A program made the translations under genes and the position numbers. The notes below the pieces were generated by a model. The model worked only from the letters and a program-made list of their open reading frames with translations. It was not told the origin of the DNA and made no database searches. Shown here piece after piece: positions 29,819 to 39,604 of a stretch of DNA of 64,000 nt; within the stretch, counting starts at the first letter, position 1; each line of letters opens with the position of its first letter. Location: the IMG/VR virus record IMGVR_UViG_3300042305_001773, positions 1 to 64,000 of that record. One strand, 5' to 3'.

Positions 29819-29935
29819 TTACTTACCTTTTCGTTTAAGATTCTTCTCTAACTTTTTGATGTACTTCTCTTGCTCGTGCAATTTTTTACACTGCTGTTTG
29901 ACCTTCTTTTTCGTCCACTTGTCCCAGAAGCCCAT
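29819..29935 (-). CDS. Small basic protein, 38 aa
   Basis: MGFWDKWTKKKVKQQCKKLHEQEKYIKKLEKNLKRKGK; fills the gap with TGATG coupling. Confidence 0.5.
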   Translation of the reverse strand: MGFWDKWTKKKVKQQCKKLHEQEKYIKKLEKNLKRKGK

Positions 29936-30297
29936 CACTTTCCCTTTAGCTGCGCAAGCTTCGACACGGACGAACTAATATCATCCTGTGTCTGCGTTGT
30001 TTTGCCAAGTTCGAGTTGTTGCGTTTTTTGCAACGTCTCGGTGTTAATTGCGCCCACGTATTTACCAGTGTCGATTTCAATCTTACCTTTGCCGGACGCA
30101 CTTTCTTTCATGGCCGCGCGCAGAGTATTTGTCGCGGGAAGTACAGATGTTGTCGGCGCGTATGTCGGCACAATACCGGCCATGCGTGCCACGAGCCAGT
30201 CCAGCCGGCCGATTGCGTAACCCAGCGCCACGCTTCCGGCGACAATTAACGCGACAACAGAGTAAGGCAGAATTAACATGTTTCCGGCTTGCGCCAT
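29935..30297 (-). CDS. Membrane-anchored protein
   Basis: N-terminal TM segment; just upstream of the actin-like gene. Confidence 0.55.
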   Translation of the reverse strand: MAQAGNMLILPYSVVALIVAGSVALGYAIGRLDWLVARMAGIVPTYAPTTSVLPATNTLRAAMKESASGKGKIEIDTGKYVGAINTETLQKTQQLELGKTTQTQDDISSSVSKLAQLKGK

Positions 30298-30977
30298 CCC
30301 CGGTGTGATTTGATGCGCCCGGCGTTCACACTGCGCATATGACAGTCACTGAGTCCGTTATGGCGACAAAAGTCTTTCAGATTGTGAATGATAACGACGT
30401 CGCCGTCTGGGTTGAGAAAGTTGTAGGTCTTGGCGTACTTTTCGCGAATCACGTTGCGCCCGCGCTCACGCAACTCTTCCATGCGCTGTTCGGGAATGCC
30501 GTGCACACCCGTTTTCATTTCGACTGATTTGGTGCCGCCAATGCTCGCCCATTTTTGCCGGGTTTCTGCGTCCATGCCCGCAAACCCAGACCCGTTGTCG
30601 TGCGAGCGCTGAGTGGCTAGTTTGCGCTGCGCGGGCGTGAGCAGAAATCGCCCGGCCGCGTTGCGATTTAAACAGACCTCTGGGCCCAAATGATCGGTGT
30701 CGGCGTGCGCTGTTTTAATCAGTTCTGTTTCTGCTTTTGATAACTCCACCGCGGCTTTTTTCGACTCCCGACGATATTGCGCCTGTAGCACAACTTTCAC
30801 GGCGTCTGCCTGATATTCGGCGTGCTCGGGATCGTTGTAGTGCGCAAACGTAACCGGCGACCCAAAGTAATAATGGTCATCTTCGGGGCTGCGGTCGGTA
30901 ATGCGCGAGCCGTAATAGAACTTGTACCCCAGCGACGGGTACAGGATTACGTACAAATAGTACCAGCGTTTACGCAT
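30273..30977 (-). CDS. Free-standing GIY-YIG/Seg-like homing endonuclease
   Basis: YLY...YYGSR...YFGS, CLNRN, C-terminal NUMOD-like NLKDFCRHNGL...HRGW. Confidence 0.7.
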   Translation of the reverse strand: MRKRWYYLYVILYPSLGYKFYYGSRITDRSPEDDHYYFGSPVTFAHYNDPEHAEYQADAVKVVLQAQYRRESKKAAVELSKAETELIKTAHADTDHLGPEVCLNRNAAGRFLLTPAQRKLATQRSHDNGSGFAGMDAETRQKWASIGGTKSVEMKTGVHGIPEQRMEELRERGRNVIREKYAKTYNFLNPDGDVVIIHNLKDFCRHNGLSDCHMRSVNAGRIKSHRGWRKPETC

Positions 30978-31051
30978 ACACTGAATCCGTTCAGTGCTGG
31001 TTTTCAGCCAAATCCGTTTGGCTGCCGATAACTTACATCACCGGACTGCGG

Positions 31052-31264
31052 CTATTGTAACAATTTACGGACAATAAACGGAATTGTTGTATAGGTAAAC
31101 ACGCCGGCAAATAACCACAAAATAGAAAACACCGCGCGCCGAATACGCATATTTGTGTGCCAATAGCGCGCGCGAATCTCGTCAGGATCGTGGAGCTGCA
31201 TGCACCGCGCGTTATGCTCAATACGCTCTTCAACCGTTCGAAATACGGGCGGCTCCCAAGGCAT
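31052..31264 (-). CDS. Small membrane protein
   Basis: C-terminal TM segment. Confidence 0.45.
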   Translation of the reverse strand: MPWEPPVFRTVEERIEHNARCMQLHDPDEIRARYWHTNMRIRRAVFSILWLFAGVFTYTTIPFIVRKLLQ

Positions 31265-31267
31265 AAC

Positions 31268-31756
31268 TCACACTTCAATCTGCTGACCATCGCGCAACAC
31301 AAAGACGCCCAGCTTTTCTTCCAGCCGGCGATACACCACGCCCGCTTCGCGCAACATCTCGTCGCCGCGGTCGCAGCTCTCTTGCCACGGGCCGTGTGCG
31401 GGTGGATGCGCGAGCCCAATAACTTCGGTGATTCCGGCGCAGATAATCGCCCGCGCACAGTCGGCACAGGCAAACCACGGGCAGTACAGCGTGGCATGCT
31501 TCGTCGGCATACCCATCTTGGCGGCGCGATAAATAACGCTGCGCTCGGCATGCTCGATGTACGAATACTTGAGCGGGCGCTGGAGTCGGTCGGTGTTTTT
31601 GATGACGTCCAGCGGTAGGCGATTGGCCTCGGAGACAATTTCGCCGCGTGGCGTGACCAGCACAGCGCCGTTTTGCGTGTGAATGTCGTCCGATTGTGTC
31701 GTCGCGACGTGGCATGCAATGCGCAGATAAAACAGTGGATTAACGACGTTTGACAT
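31268..31756 (-). CDS. dCMP deaminase
   Basis: EHAER and PWFACADCARAII motifs. Confidence 0.88.
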   Translation of the reverse strand: MSNVVNPLFYLRIACHVATTQSDDIHTQNGAVLVTPRGEIVSEANRLPLDVIKNTDRLQRPLKYSYIEHAERSVIYRAAKMGMPTKHATLYCPWFACADCARAIICAGITEVIGLAHPPAHGPWQESCDRGDEMLREAGVVYRRLEEKLGVFVLRDGQQIEV

Positions 31757-31766
31757 AGATATAAAA

Positions 31767-32015
31767 ACGCGGGCTGGATACTGGCAGCAGAACCGCTCGT
31801 GTTCTGCTTGTGCTCGTGTGACGTTGGGGCGAAGGAGGCGCTTGGAAACGTTTGAAACCCAGCAACCAGTATCCGGCACCACGGCTAACCAAGTGTGGTG
31901 CGAACACCGGGAGGACGACCGGTGTTCTGCGGCGTCACGTCCGGGATGGCGCAGAACGGACGGGAGTGATCCGTTCGCAGCGCATTCCGACCACCATGCC
32001 GCAACTCTCCCGCAT
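31767..32015 (-). ncRNA. Structured ncRNA or leader candidate
   Basis: Closing stem plus stems GGATACTGGT/GCCAGTATCC and GAACACCGG/CCGGTGTTC; G-U pairs favour the minus strand. Confidence 0.5.
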
Positions 32016-32017
32016 GT

Positions 32018-32560
32018 TCAGCTCCGTGAGTCCATGTTGTTTAACTTCCGTGCTTGCCGCAGATCGACGTCGGCCAGAATGCGCTGGATGTGCCGAGCGT
32101 CTTCGTAGCTATCCTGCAACTGATCTTCGTAGAACACTTCGAGATACGCTGCGGCGACTTTGTCGTCGAGCGACTTGAGTTGTTCAAGCCGTTTGGCGTA
32201 GGTCACAACCACTTGGCGTTCCAGCGTGTGCGCCTCAATTAAGATATCTTCGACGCGCGTGTACGTCTGGAACGGATGGCCGCCGGCACAAGGCTGAACG
32301 AAGTTAAACCCGTACAAGCAGTCCAGAAACTGCTGCACGTGATTTAGCTCGCCTTTGGCTGCTTCTGTGAGGAATTCTTTGTACTCTTCAGCGTGCAGGC
32401 CAGTGACAGCGCTGGCGTGATACAGATAGAACTGCAGATGCGTCCACTCGTTCTGCAGGTCTTCATTAATTAGTGTGACGAACTGGCCAATTGTGTATAC
32501 GCCCGGCTCGCCTTCGGGTCCGGGTTCGCCACTGTGGTTCGTTACTCCTGCGTCGGACAT
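32018..32560 (-). CDS. Ferritin-like/bacterioferritin-like protein
   Basis: NEW...Y, ELNH, LE..Y and EDARH diiron pattern. Confidence 0.75.
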   Translation of the reverse strand: MSDAGVTNHSGEPGPEGEPGVYTIGQFVTLINEDLQNEWTHLQFYLYHASAVTGLHAEEYKEFLTEAAKGELNHVQQFLDCLYGFNFVQPCAGGHPFQTYTRVEDILIEAHTLERQVVVTYAKRLEQLKSLDDKVAAAYLEVFYEDQLQDSYEDARHIQRILADVDLRQARKLNNMDSRS

Positions 32561-33084
32561 AGCAACTGCTCCTTCAGGTAAGCCGCAAGGCGTTGGGCCT
32601 GCGGTGTTTCTTCACGAATGATTTGTTCGTAACAGACTGCGCCGTACTGCCGAAAGATCTGCACGTTATTGACGAACCAGCCCATATGGTAACCAGCACG
32701 CATAAAGTTGACCAGATGATTTGTGGCCTCTTCGTCATACACATAGTTCTGACAGCCGAACTTGTGCGCCCAGTACTCTTTGGGTTGGCAGTTAATGTGC
32801 CCGTGTCCGCCCTGCCCCGGAAGTGCCGCGCTAAAGATAATCGTGGGCGCCGTCTGCACTAACTTCTGCACAAACAGGTCCGCGAGTTCCGGGTTAATAT
32901 GCTCAGCAACTTCAAGGCATAGGCAGATATCATAACCCCGGCACATGTCGAACTGCGGGTCAAACACGCTGAACTTATCGTGCGGACAGGCTGGATCAGG
33001 GTCGACGCCGTCTACGATGAAACCAGCGGCGCGGAGTGCGTCGACGTAAATACCGGGACCGCAGCCGACATCAATAATTTCCAT
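32542..33084 (-). CDS. SAM-dependent methyltransferase
   Basis: DVGCGPG, CLEVAEHI, PGQGGHGHIN. Confidence 0.85.
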   Translation of the reverse strand: MEIIDVGCGPGIYVDALRAAGFIVDGVDPDPACPHDKFSVFDPQFDMCRGYDICLCLEVAEHINPELADLFVQKLVQTAPTIIFSAALPGQGGHGHINCQPKEYWAHKFGCQNYVYDEEATNHLVNFMRAGYHMGWFVNNVQIFRQYGAVCYEQIIREETPQAQRLAAYLKEQLLCPTQE

Positions 33085-33685
33085 GCGTGTACGTCTCCGG
33101 CAGCTGATGTAATCCGGGCAGATCAACAGGCGGCCGGATCACCTTAGACACCGGCACGTTCCAGCAGTCCCACTTGTACTTCCAGCCGTTGTGGCTCGTG
33201 GGGTCGACCTCGCCTTTGCGCCCGAACGTGGCGATATCAAAGAACGCTTTTTTAGGCATGAATCCCAGCAACCACGCGCGCTCGCAGTCTTTGTGAATGC
33301 GCGCAAAACAGTACCAGTCACAGAGCTGCCGGACATTCGCGTCGCAGACCGTGCAGTTGTAGAAGTCCCGCGGAACCTCGTCATAGTTCTGCAGCTTCGT
33401 TTTGACGTCAATACGCCCCAAGAGCGTGTCGCGCAGATCCCAGTGATATACATCGTCGCCAGTCGAGCGTTCCCACTGTTGCGCATAGAAGTCATGCACA
33501 ACTTCCTCGCCCAAGAGTCCCGTAAACACGCCGTAGCCAGCGCGAATCGAGTCGTTTAAATGCGCGCGGCCGTATTTTTTCAGCAGCCGCGCCTCCATCT
33601 CGTCCACCCGCGCCAGTGCCCGCTCTAGCTGCTCGGATGTAATAAACACTTCAATAACATGCTGCGTTAATACAGCAGAAGTCAT
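33071..33685 (-). CDS. Hypothetical protein, PD-(D/E)xK-like
   Basis: GLLGE...D...IDVKT pattern. Confidence 0.5.
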   Translation of the reverse strand: MTSAVLTQHVIEVFITSEQLERALARVDEMEARLLKKYGRAHLNDSIRAGYGVFTGLLGEEVVHDFYAQQWERSTGDDVYHWDLRDTLLGRIDVKTKLQNYDEVPRDFYNCTVCDANVRQLCDWYCFARIHKDCERAWLLGFMPKKAFFDIATFGRKGEVDPTSHNGWKYKWDCWNVPVSKVIRPPVDLPGLHQLPETYTHGNY

Positions 33686-33749
33686 ACGCGTCCTTTCACT
33701 TCGGGGTGGGCGAAGTGTAGCGCGTATATTCACCGCGTGCAATACGCCG

Positions 33750-34457
33750 CTACAGCTTTTTAAGCATGGCAGCGACAAGCGGATGACGCACGACGTCACT
33801 GTGGGCAAACTGCACAACATCAATGCCCGCGATGCCCTTGAGTTTCGTCACCACTTCATTCATCGGCGGCGGTGAGATTGGTAAGTCCGTCTGCTGCGGA
33901 TCACCGGTCACGATAATCTTCGAGTTCTGCCCGAAGCGCGACAGAAACAGCTTGAACTGCGTATACGTGGCGTTTTGGGCCTCGTCAAATACGCAGATTG
34001 AATCATTGAATGTCCGGCCGCGTAGATAACATAACGGCGCGAGCACCACCGCCCGATTTACAAACTCACGCTTGGGGCCGAACTTGCCGAGTAGCGTGTC
34101 CATGGCGTCGTACAGCGGTTGCATGTACGGATTGACCTTCTCACCAAACGAGCCCGGAAGATAGCCGAGCTTTTCGCCGGCGTCCACGATTGGCCGGGTG
34201 AGCACGATTGAGGTGGCACGTCTGGCCAGCACCTCATTGATAGCAAAAGCCATCGCCAGAAACGTCTTGCCAGAACCAGCCGAGCCGAGCAAGAACGTGA
34301 TGTCGTTTTCGTTTAATGTTTTCCACGCGCGGCGCTGTGTTTCCGTGCGCCATTCAATATCACACGGCGTCAGCGCAGCTTTAACTTTTTCTTGCTGGTC
34401 TTGGCGTTTCTTCTCTTTTTTCTCGGCGCGGCGGGTAGGCCGTGATTTGGGCGCCAT
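33750..34457 (-). CDS. phoH: PhoH-family ATPase
   Basis: GSAGSGKT, LGYLPG, RGRTF, DEAQN, TGDPQQTD, RHPLV. Confidence 0.95.
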   Translation of the reverse strand: MAPKSRPTRRAEKKEKKRQDQQEKVKAALTPCDIEWRTETQRRAWKTLNENDITFLLGSAGSGKTFLAMAFAINEVLARRATSIVLTRPIVDAGEKLGYLPGSFGEKVNPYMQPLYDAMDTLLGKFGPKREFVNRAVVLAPLCYLRGRTFNDSICVFDEAQNATYTQFKLFLSRFGQNSKIIVTGDPQQTDLPISPPPMNEVVTKLKGIAGIDVVQFAHSDVVRHPLVAAMLKKL

Positions 34458-34516
34458 AGAGTAGTGCCTTCCTTGGTGTAGTGCGTGTAGAACTGCGGCG
34501 TGAAGACTCCTCTAGA

Positions 34517-36781
34517 TTACAGGTCGGCGAGATCGCTCACGCGGCCGGACTGAAGCGGTTCAACACCGCCGGCCGGAGCTTGATTCGGCTGCGGCGATTG
34601 CGGGCCGTAGTAGAACGGGTTTCGTACGTTGGGCACGTATGACCGCGCTGTTTGAGCGGCATTCGTCACGCCACGACGGACGTCATTGGCTGTATTTACT
34701 ACAGTGTTTCGCGCCGTGCCGTAGGCTGTACCGACCGCGTCGCCCATCGCAGATCCGGCGTCGTGAACGCCTTGGCCGATAGCGCGCGGAACAGCCATCG
34801 CGGCTTGTCCGGCCTGCTGTAAACCAGCGCCGGCGCGGTTGGCCATGTCCGAACCAAACTGCTGCGCAGAGCTAACATAAGGATCCACGGCCGGCGCTGT
34901 GGCACGATATGCGCCGTAGGTAGCTCCAGCCGCAATCGGCATGGCCACGGCTGTGCGAGCGGCGTTCATGGCTGTGCTGCCCGGAACCTGTGTGCCGGCC
35001 CAGCGCGCGACGTTTCCAGCGCCGCGAGCGACTTGCCCAGCGCCGTACATACCAGCGCCAGTCGCCGCACGAATACCGCCGCCGACAGCGTTACCCACAC
35101 CGCCGCGCATCATTTGTTGTGCGCCGCCGGTCGCCATCTGAGCGCCGCGATTTACAGCCGCATTACCAAGTTCGCCGGCCGCCGCGCCGGTAGCGCGACT
35201 TACTGTGCGAGCGCCGCCAGCAACGGCACGACCGCCGCCACGAGCCATCGCGCCGAGCCCTTTGGCGCCAGCGCCGATTAAACCACTCACGAGCCCAGCA
35301 GCTTCTTTTTCGCCGTGCGGCTGTTGCGCGTTCGCTGCGTCTGTCGGTACGGGGTTGGGCGCCGAGCGTTGCTTGTCGTCGATGATCTTGTTACTGCCGC
35401 GCGCACTCGGTGTGCAGCTCATCTCGGTCTTGCCGCGAGGCGCACTGGAGACAGCTTTCTTTTCTTTCTTGTCTTTCTTGTCTTTCTTTTTCTTGCTGCC
35501 GCCCGGTCGGCACGAATCGTTGCTGTACGGCTTCTTGCCCGGCACCGGTTCATAACCAGTCCAGCACCGGCCCGCTGCTTTACCGAACTCCAGCGCCGAG
35601 CCCTGCTTCATACCGTTCGTGCTCGCATTCTGCAGCTGCGGCATAAGCTGTTCAATGATATTTCTATTGTGGGTCAAAAAGTCATACATCTGCCGCCCCT
35701 GTCCGCTGCTCATGTTAGGATCGCGCCCCATGAGCATTGTCGTGCCAAACTCAGGGCTCAACTGGCTCAGCGCGTTGATCTGATCCATCGGGTTCCCGCC
35801 ACCACCGCCAAGCATGCTGTACAACCCGTTGGCGCCCTGACCGACCATGCGCCGGGGCCCGTCACCAAACATGCCGGCACCCGCGGCGCCAAGACCAGCG
35901 GCGCCGAGACCCAGTGCGCCCATACCGGCACCCAAACCAGTGTTGCCGCGCCCGCCCATGAACGCACCAGCTAGCGCCAGCGGAACACCGGCGCCGATAG
36001 CGTAGCGGGCTTCGATCGGCAGGCTGTTCCACATGCCCATCAAGCCGCCGTTGTTGGGATTTGCTTCAGCGTGCTGCGCCATAGACATCTGCGTATTCAT
36101 CTGCTGCGCATCGACGTTTTCCGGCGTCGGTTCGCTGCCAATGCCCATGGCTTTTCCGGCGTAGTGCATGCCAGCAGCACCGGTACCAGCACCCACAGCG
36201 AGATTTAGCGGATTGCGCGCATTCGTCATCGCCGACGAACCGCCGCCCATCCACTCGGGCAGATTCTTCGCCGCAGCCTGTGTCCGGCCGATTGTCTGAT
36301 CGCCGAAACGCTGGCCGGCAGCACGCGGATCTAACCCGCGCACGCCCTGCACCATGTCGTCAGCCTTGTTAAGCCCGCGACGCATGACATTCATTGTGCC
36401 GCGGCCGAGCCCGCCGACAGCGTCTACAGCTTGGCCTGCGAGTCGGCCGGGTGCGCCGTGATACAAAGAAGCGGCCTGACCTTGCGCAGCGCGGGCAGCA
36501 GCATCGAGCCGGCTGGGCCCTGTCGGTTTTGCCGTGAGCGGCACTGCTTTGTAACGATCCTTGAGCGGAATAGTCAGCGGATCAACAACGTTTTGTTGCA
36601 TGCCGCGCTGATAGCCGCGCGTGGCGCTCGTGCCGCGATTGACGAGCTGTTTTCCGCCGCGCACCGCATCATCGGCAAGACCTTTTACGGCTTTAGTACC
36701 CGCGCCAAGCAAGCCGCTGAGTAATTTATTGGCTTCTTTTTCGTGGCCGCCGATGTGCTGACCAAACTCATATGCGTTCAT
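34517..36781 (-). CDS. Gly-rich putative virion polyprotein
   Basis: MNAYEFG..EKEA leader; repeated KEA-xxL.SGL.GAG modules; CWTGY..C micro-domain. Confidence 0.6.
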   Translation of the reverse strand: MNAYEFGQHIGGHEKEANKLLSGLLGAGTKAVKGLADDAVRGGKQLVNRGTSATRGYQRGMQQNVVDPLTIPLKDRYKAVPLTAKPTGPSRLDAAARAAQGQAASLYHGAPGRLAGQAVDAVGGLGRGTMNVMRRGLNKADDMVQGVRGLDPRAAGQRFGDQTIGRTQAAAKNLPEWMGGGSSAMTNARNPLNLAVGAGTGAAGMHYAGKAMGIGSEPTPENVDAQQMNTQMSMAQHAEANPNNGGLMGMWNSLPIEARYAIGAGVPLALAGAFMGGRGNTGLGAGMGALGLGAAGLGAAGAGMFGDGPRRMVGQGANGLYSMLGGGGGNPMDQINALSQLSPEFGTTMLMGRDPNMSSGQGRQMYDFLTHNRNIIEQLMPQLQNASTNGMKQGSALEFGKAAGRCWTGYEPVPGKKPYSNDSCRPGGSKKKKDKKDKKEKKAVSSAPRGKTEMSCTPSARGSNKIIDDKQRSAPNPVPTDAANAQQPHGEKEAAGLVSGLIGAGAKGLGAMARGGGRAVAGGARTVSRATGAAAGELGNAAVNRGAQMATGGAQQMMRGGVGNAVGGGIRAATGAGMYGAGQVARGAGNVARWAGTQVPGSTAMNAARTAVAMPIAAGATYGAYRATAPAVDPYVSSAQQFGSDMANRAGAGLQQAGQAAMAVPRAIGQGVHDAGSAMGDAVGTAYGTARNTVVNTANDVRRGVTNAAQTARSYVPNVRNPFYYGPQSPQPNQAPAGGVEPLQSGRVSDLADL

Positions 36782-36928
36782 GAGTGTTCTCTTCCTGTTT
36801 TGTTATTTGTGTCGGCGCTGGGTAATCACACCGGCCGCCTTCGCAACATGTTTCCAGAATAATGCGGCAAAACGGACAAACTAGCTTGCCGCGAATCTCA
36901 ATTCCCGGGCTTTCGCACTGCGGGCACA

Positions 36929-37561
36929 TTACCACTCAAACTCCACTGGCTTGCGCGTCTTGTAGCTGAAGTCGACATCGAGCGGCGACTGAAACCGTAC
37001 GTTGGGAAGCGGCAGCTTGGGGGCTACCGCCGCTGTACCGCCAAGTAACCCAGCAGCTGCAAGTGTCGGTACGCCAAGCGGCGCGTCGCCTACCGCGCGC
37101 ACGCCCTTGCCAACAGCCTGCAGCCCTTCGCCGGCCAAGTTCACGGCATGACCAGCGCCGCGCACAGCCGACCCGCCGAGTCGCATGCCGTGGCCAAGCA
37201 CGCCGCGAATGTCTCGCGTGGTGCGTGTGCTGCCGCTGCCAATATTGTTAATCATGCTCTTGCCGGTCGTCTGCATGCCGCGGCCGGTACCCAACAGCAG
37301 GCCGCCAAGTCCAGTCGAGTTCCCAAGGCTGGTGCCGTCTTTAGGGCTAAATGTGGGCCGCGCCTTGGAGCCAATGATCTCGCCAGCGCCCTGCAAACCG
37401 CGCCCGAAACCCTTGACGATATGCTGCGAGCCGCGATTGATCGTCTGCGCGCCGCGACCAATACCAGACGCCGCGTTGGCAAGCCGCGCGACAATCTTTT
37501 CAAAGCCGGCGCCCTGCTTTTCTAGCTGGCCGACGTTGTATCCAAACTCATACGCGTTCAT
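36929..37561 (-). CDS. Gly-rich putative virion protein
   Basis: MNAYEFGYNVGQLEKQG leader. Confidence 0.6.
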   Translation of the reverse strand: MNAYEFGYNVGQLEKQGAGFEKIVARLANAASGIGRGAQTINRGSQHIVKGFGRGLQGAGEIIGSKARPTFSPKDGTSLGNSTGLGGLLLGTGRGMQTTGKSMINNIGSGSTRTTRDIRGVLGHGMRLGGSAVRGAGHAVNLAGEGLQAVGKGVRAVGDAPLGVPTLAAAGLLGGTAAVAPKLPLPNVRFQSPLDVDFSYKTRKPVEFEW

Positions 37562-37581
37562 ACTTCCTGCTCCTTTTGATA

Positions 37582-38268
37582 TTAAAAGCTGGCCAGCGGG
37601 GTGTTGGCCTGTCCGCCGCCGTAGATGCCGGGGCCGCTAGGCTGGAACTGTTGTGCCGGCTGCCCGCCGCCAATGCCCATCGCGCTCATGCCCAAACTTC
37701 CGGCTGCGCCGGCAATCGGCAGAGCAATCGGGGCAGACTGCAGCGGATTTTTAATTCCGGCGTTATACATTTTGCCCATCATGCCCGGGTTTTGAACTGT
37801 CGGCATTACCTTCTGAATACCACCGCTGAGCGCGCGATTGGCGTTCGTGACCGCGGTGGTGCCCTTGGTCAAAAACTGCTGCGAACCGCGGGTAAGCGCT
37901 TTGCCTGTGTTCGTAAAACCGGCGCGGGCTAGCTGCTTACCGCCGCCAGCAATCGCGCGGCCGACGCCCTTGGCAGCAAAACCCCATCCGGGAATGAAAC
38001 TCAGCGCGCCGCTCAAGCCAGACATACCTGCGTCCATAAGTCGGCCGTTATACAGATGGCGCGATACGTCATTAATCGCTGTGGGTACGCCCGTAAACGG
38101 ATTCGAATACAGCGCCGTGTCAGCAACCAACCCGCGCTGCGTCGGGTCGCCTAGCGGGTTGATTTGACCCATTGCTGACCCCGTACCAAGTACTGCATCG
38201 CCAAGGGCGTTCTGCGCACGCTTCTCTGTCGCCAGCCCGACGCGATATCCAAACTCATACGGCTGCAT
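37582..38268 (-). CDS. Gly-rich putative virion protein
   Basis: MQPYEFGYRVGLATEKRA leader. Confidence 0.6.
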   Translation of the reverse strand: MQPYEFGYRVGLATEKRAQNALGDAVLGTGSAMGQINPLGDPTQRGLVADTALYSNPFTGVPTAINDVSRHLYNGRLMDAGMSGLSGALSFIPGWGFAAKGVGRAIAGGGKQLARAGFTNTGKALTRGSQQFLTKGTTAVTNANRALSGGIQKVMPTVQNPGMMGKMYNAGIKNPLQSAPIALPIAGAAGSLGMSAMGIGGGQPAQQFQPSGPGIYGGGQANTPLASF

Positions 38269-38298
38269 ATTAAAACTCCGCGCCAACGCGATGACGGA

Positions 38299-38835
38299 TT
38301 ATTTGTTTGAGCATTCCCGACTGCACCGAAATACCAGCGAATAGCGTGTATCCGCGACTGGGAGTATTTCATGGTTCCAATTGTAGCGAATTTCGTCGCG
38401 CAGTTGTACAAGACTTCGGGGCGGCAGTTCTACGGAAAACGCACGCTTCTGTAACGTAAATACCATCGTGGCCGGCGTAAGTAAGCTTAATACTGTGATT
38501 ACCGCGCCGCCTTCCGGTAAATCCACGTGCGGTTTGATCACCTGTTTTTCCAAATATTGATTCAGCGTAATGGAGTCCGGGCGCTGTTCTACAAGGTTCT
38601 GCGCCACAAGCCTGTCCAGCACAAACTGAAAATGTTCTGGAATCGTGTCCGACAAAATATCATTGGGATACGGAACTGGCGAACCCCAACGCTGAATCAC
38701 ATTTCGTGTACGGACGTGTCGGCGTGTGTGCCCTGTTGGAATACCGGCCTCGATGTGCGCGAGTAATACCTGCTCCTCAGCCGGAGACAAAAACTCGTTT
38801 ATTAGCGTGAGCGTGCTGACGTCGGATGGAAGCAT
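38299..38835 (-). CDS. AlkB-family 2OG-Fe(II) oxygenase
   Basis: NQY, HVD, WNHEI and RYSLVFR motifs. Confidence 0.88.
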   Translation of the reverse strand: MLPSDVSTLTLINEFLSPAEEQVLLAHIEAGIPTGHTRRHVRTRNVIQRWGSPVPYPNDILSDTIPEHFQFVLDRLVAQNLVEQRPDSITLNQYLEKQVIKPHVDLPEGGAVITVLSLLTPATMVFTLQKRAFSVELPPRSLVQLRDEIRYNWNHEILPVADTRYSLVFRCSRECSNK

Positions 38836-38850
38836 GGCTGGCGCTGACGT

Positions 38851-39225
38851 TTATTTGTTTGGCTTGACCGGGCAGCGACGATTGTTAAGCATTTCTCGGC
38901 GAAACGCTGCCGCCGTTTTGCGTACGTTCTTGTTGTAGCAATGATAGTTAAAAAAGTGCCCAAACATAAAGTGACACGGCGACTCACACAACGTCATGAG
39001 ATTGCTTTCAGTCAATTCCAACTCCGGCGCAACACTCACCGGAAAAACATGGTGCACGGCAAGGTTTTTTGTCCGCCCGCAAACTTCACACGCCGGATGT
39101 TTTTTTAAATGTTCGGCTCTGACTCGCCGCCACTCGCCTGCTCGCTGCCGCAGATCGAGGATGTATTTGGGGCGCAACCAGAGCGGCAGGCCGCGGTAGA
39201 AATAGCCGAAAAGTTTTGCAAACAT
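38851..39225 (-). CDS. HNH endonuclease
   Basis: CEVCG..VHH...NLMTLC..CH..GH. Confidence 0.85.
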   Translation of the reverse strand: MFAKLFGYFYRGLPLWLRPKYILDLRQRAGEWRRVRAEHLKKHPACEVCGRTKNLAVHHVFPVSVAPELELTESNLMTLCESPCHFMFGHFFNYHCYNKNVRKTAAAFRREMLNNRRCPVKPNK

Positions 39226-39347
39226 GGCCGGACTTTCGTGCTGCCGCGAACATACGGCGGATCATAGGGGCAGTTTTTACATTTTTTGCCGCAGCACATA
39301 CGCTGCGCCAGAAGGATGTCGCGAGACAAGGGCTGATACTTACTCAC
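39105..39347 (-). CDS. Small Cys-rich protein (CCG..C..CPY)
   Basis: MCCGKKCKNCPY; tail overlaps the HNH gene. Confidence 0.5.
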   Translation of the reverse strand: MSKYQPLSRDILLAQRMCCGKKCKNCPYDPPYVRGSTKVRPCLQNFSAISTAACRSGCAPNTSSICGSEQASGGESEPNI

Positions 39348-39603
39348 ACTCGTTGTACTTCACGACAAGATACGTCCCGAGAAATGCGCCCAACGCCAAC
39401 GGAACCACATAGAGCGGATTCTTGGAGTACGAGATCACGCCGTATGCGCCGAGGCTATACAAAAAAGAACTCACCACGGCGGCATTGATTGGTTGCCGCT
39501 TGCTGACGCAGATCACGTACATGGCATACAAGATATCAATGACCACATAGGTCACGAAGATTACGCCGGCCGTGCCCCAGTGAAAGTCTTGCCACATGTT
39601 CAC
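39340..39603 (-). CDS. Membrane protein
   Basis: Three TM segments. Confidence 0.6.
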   Translation of the reverse strand: MNMWQDFHWGTAGVIFVTYVVIDILYAMYVICVSKRQPINAAVVSSFLYSLGAYGVISYSKNPLYVVPLALGAFLGTYLVVKYNECE

Positions 39604-39604
39604 C

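Noticed and set aside
31757-31882. N-terminal extension of dCMP deaminase in the ORF track
   Set aside because: It overlaps a strongly structured element; the domain starts near ATG 31756.
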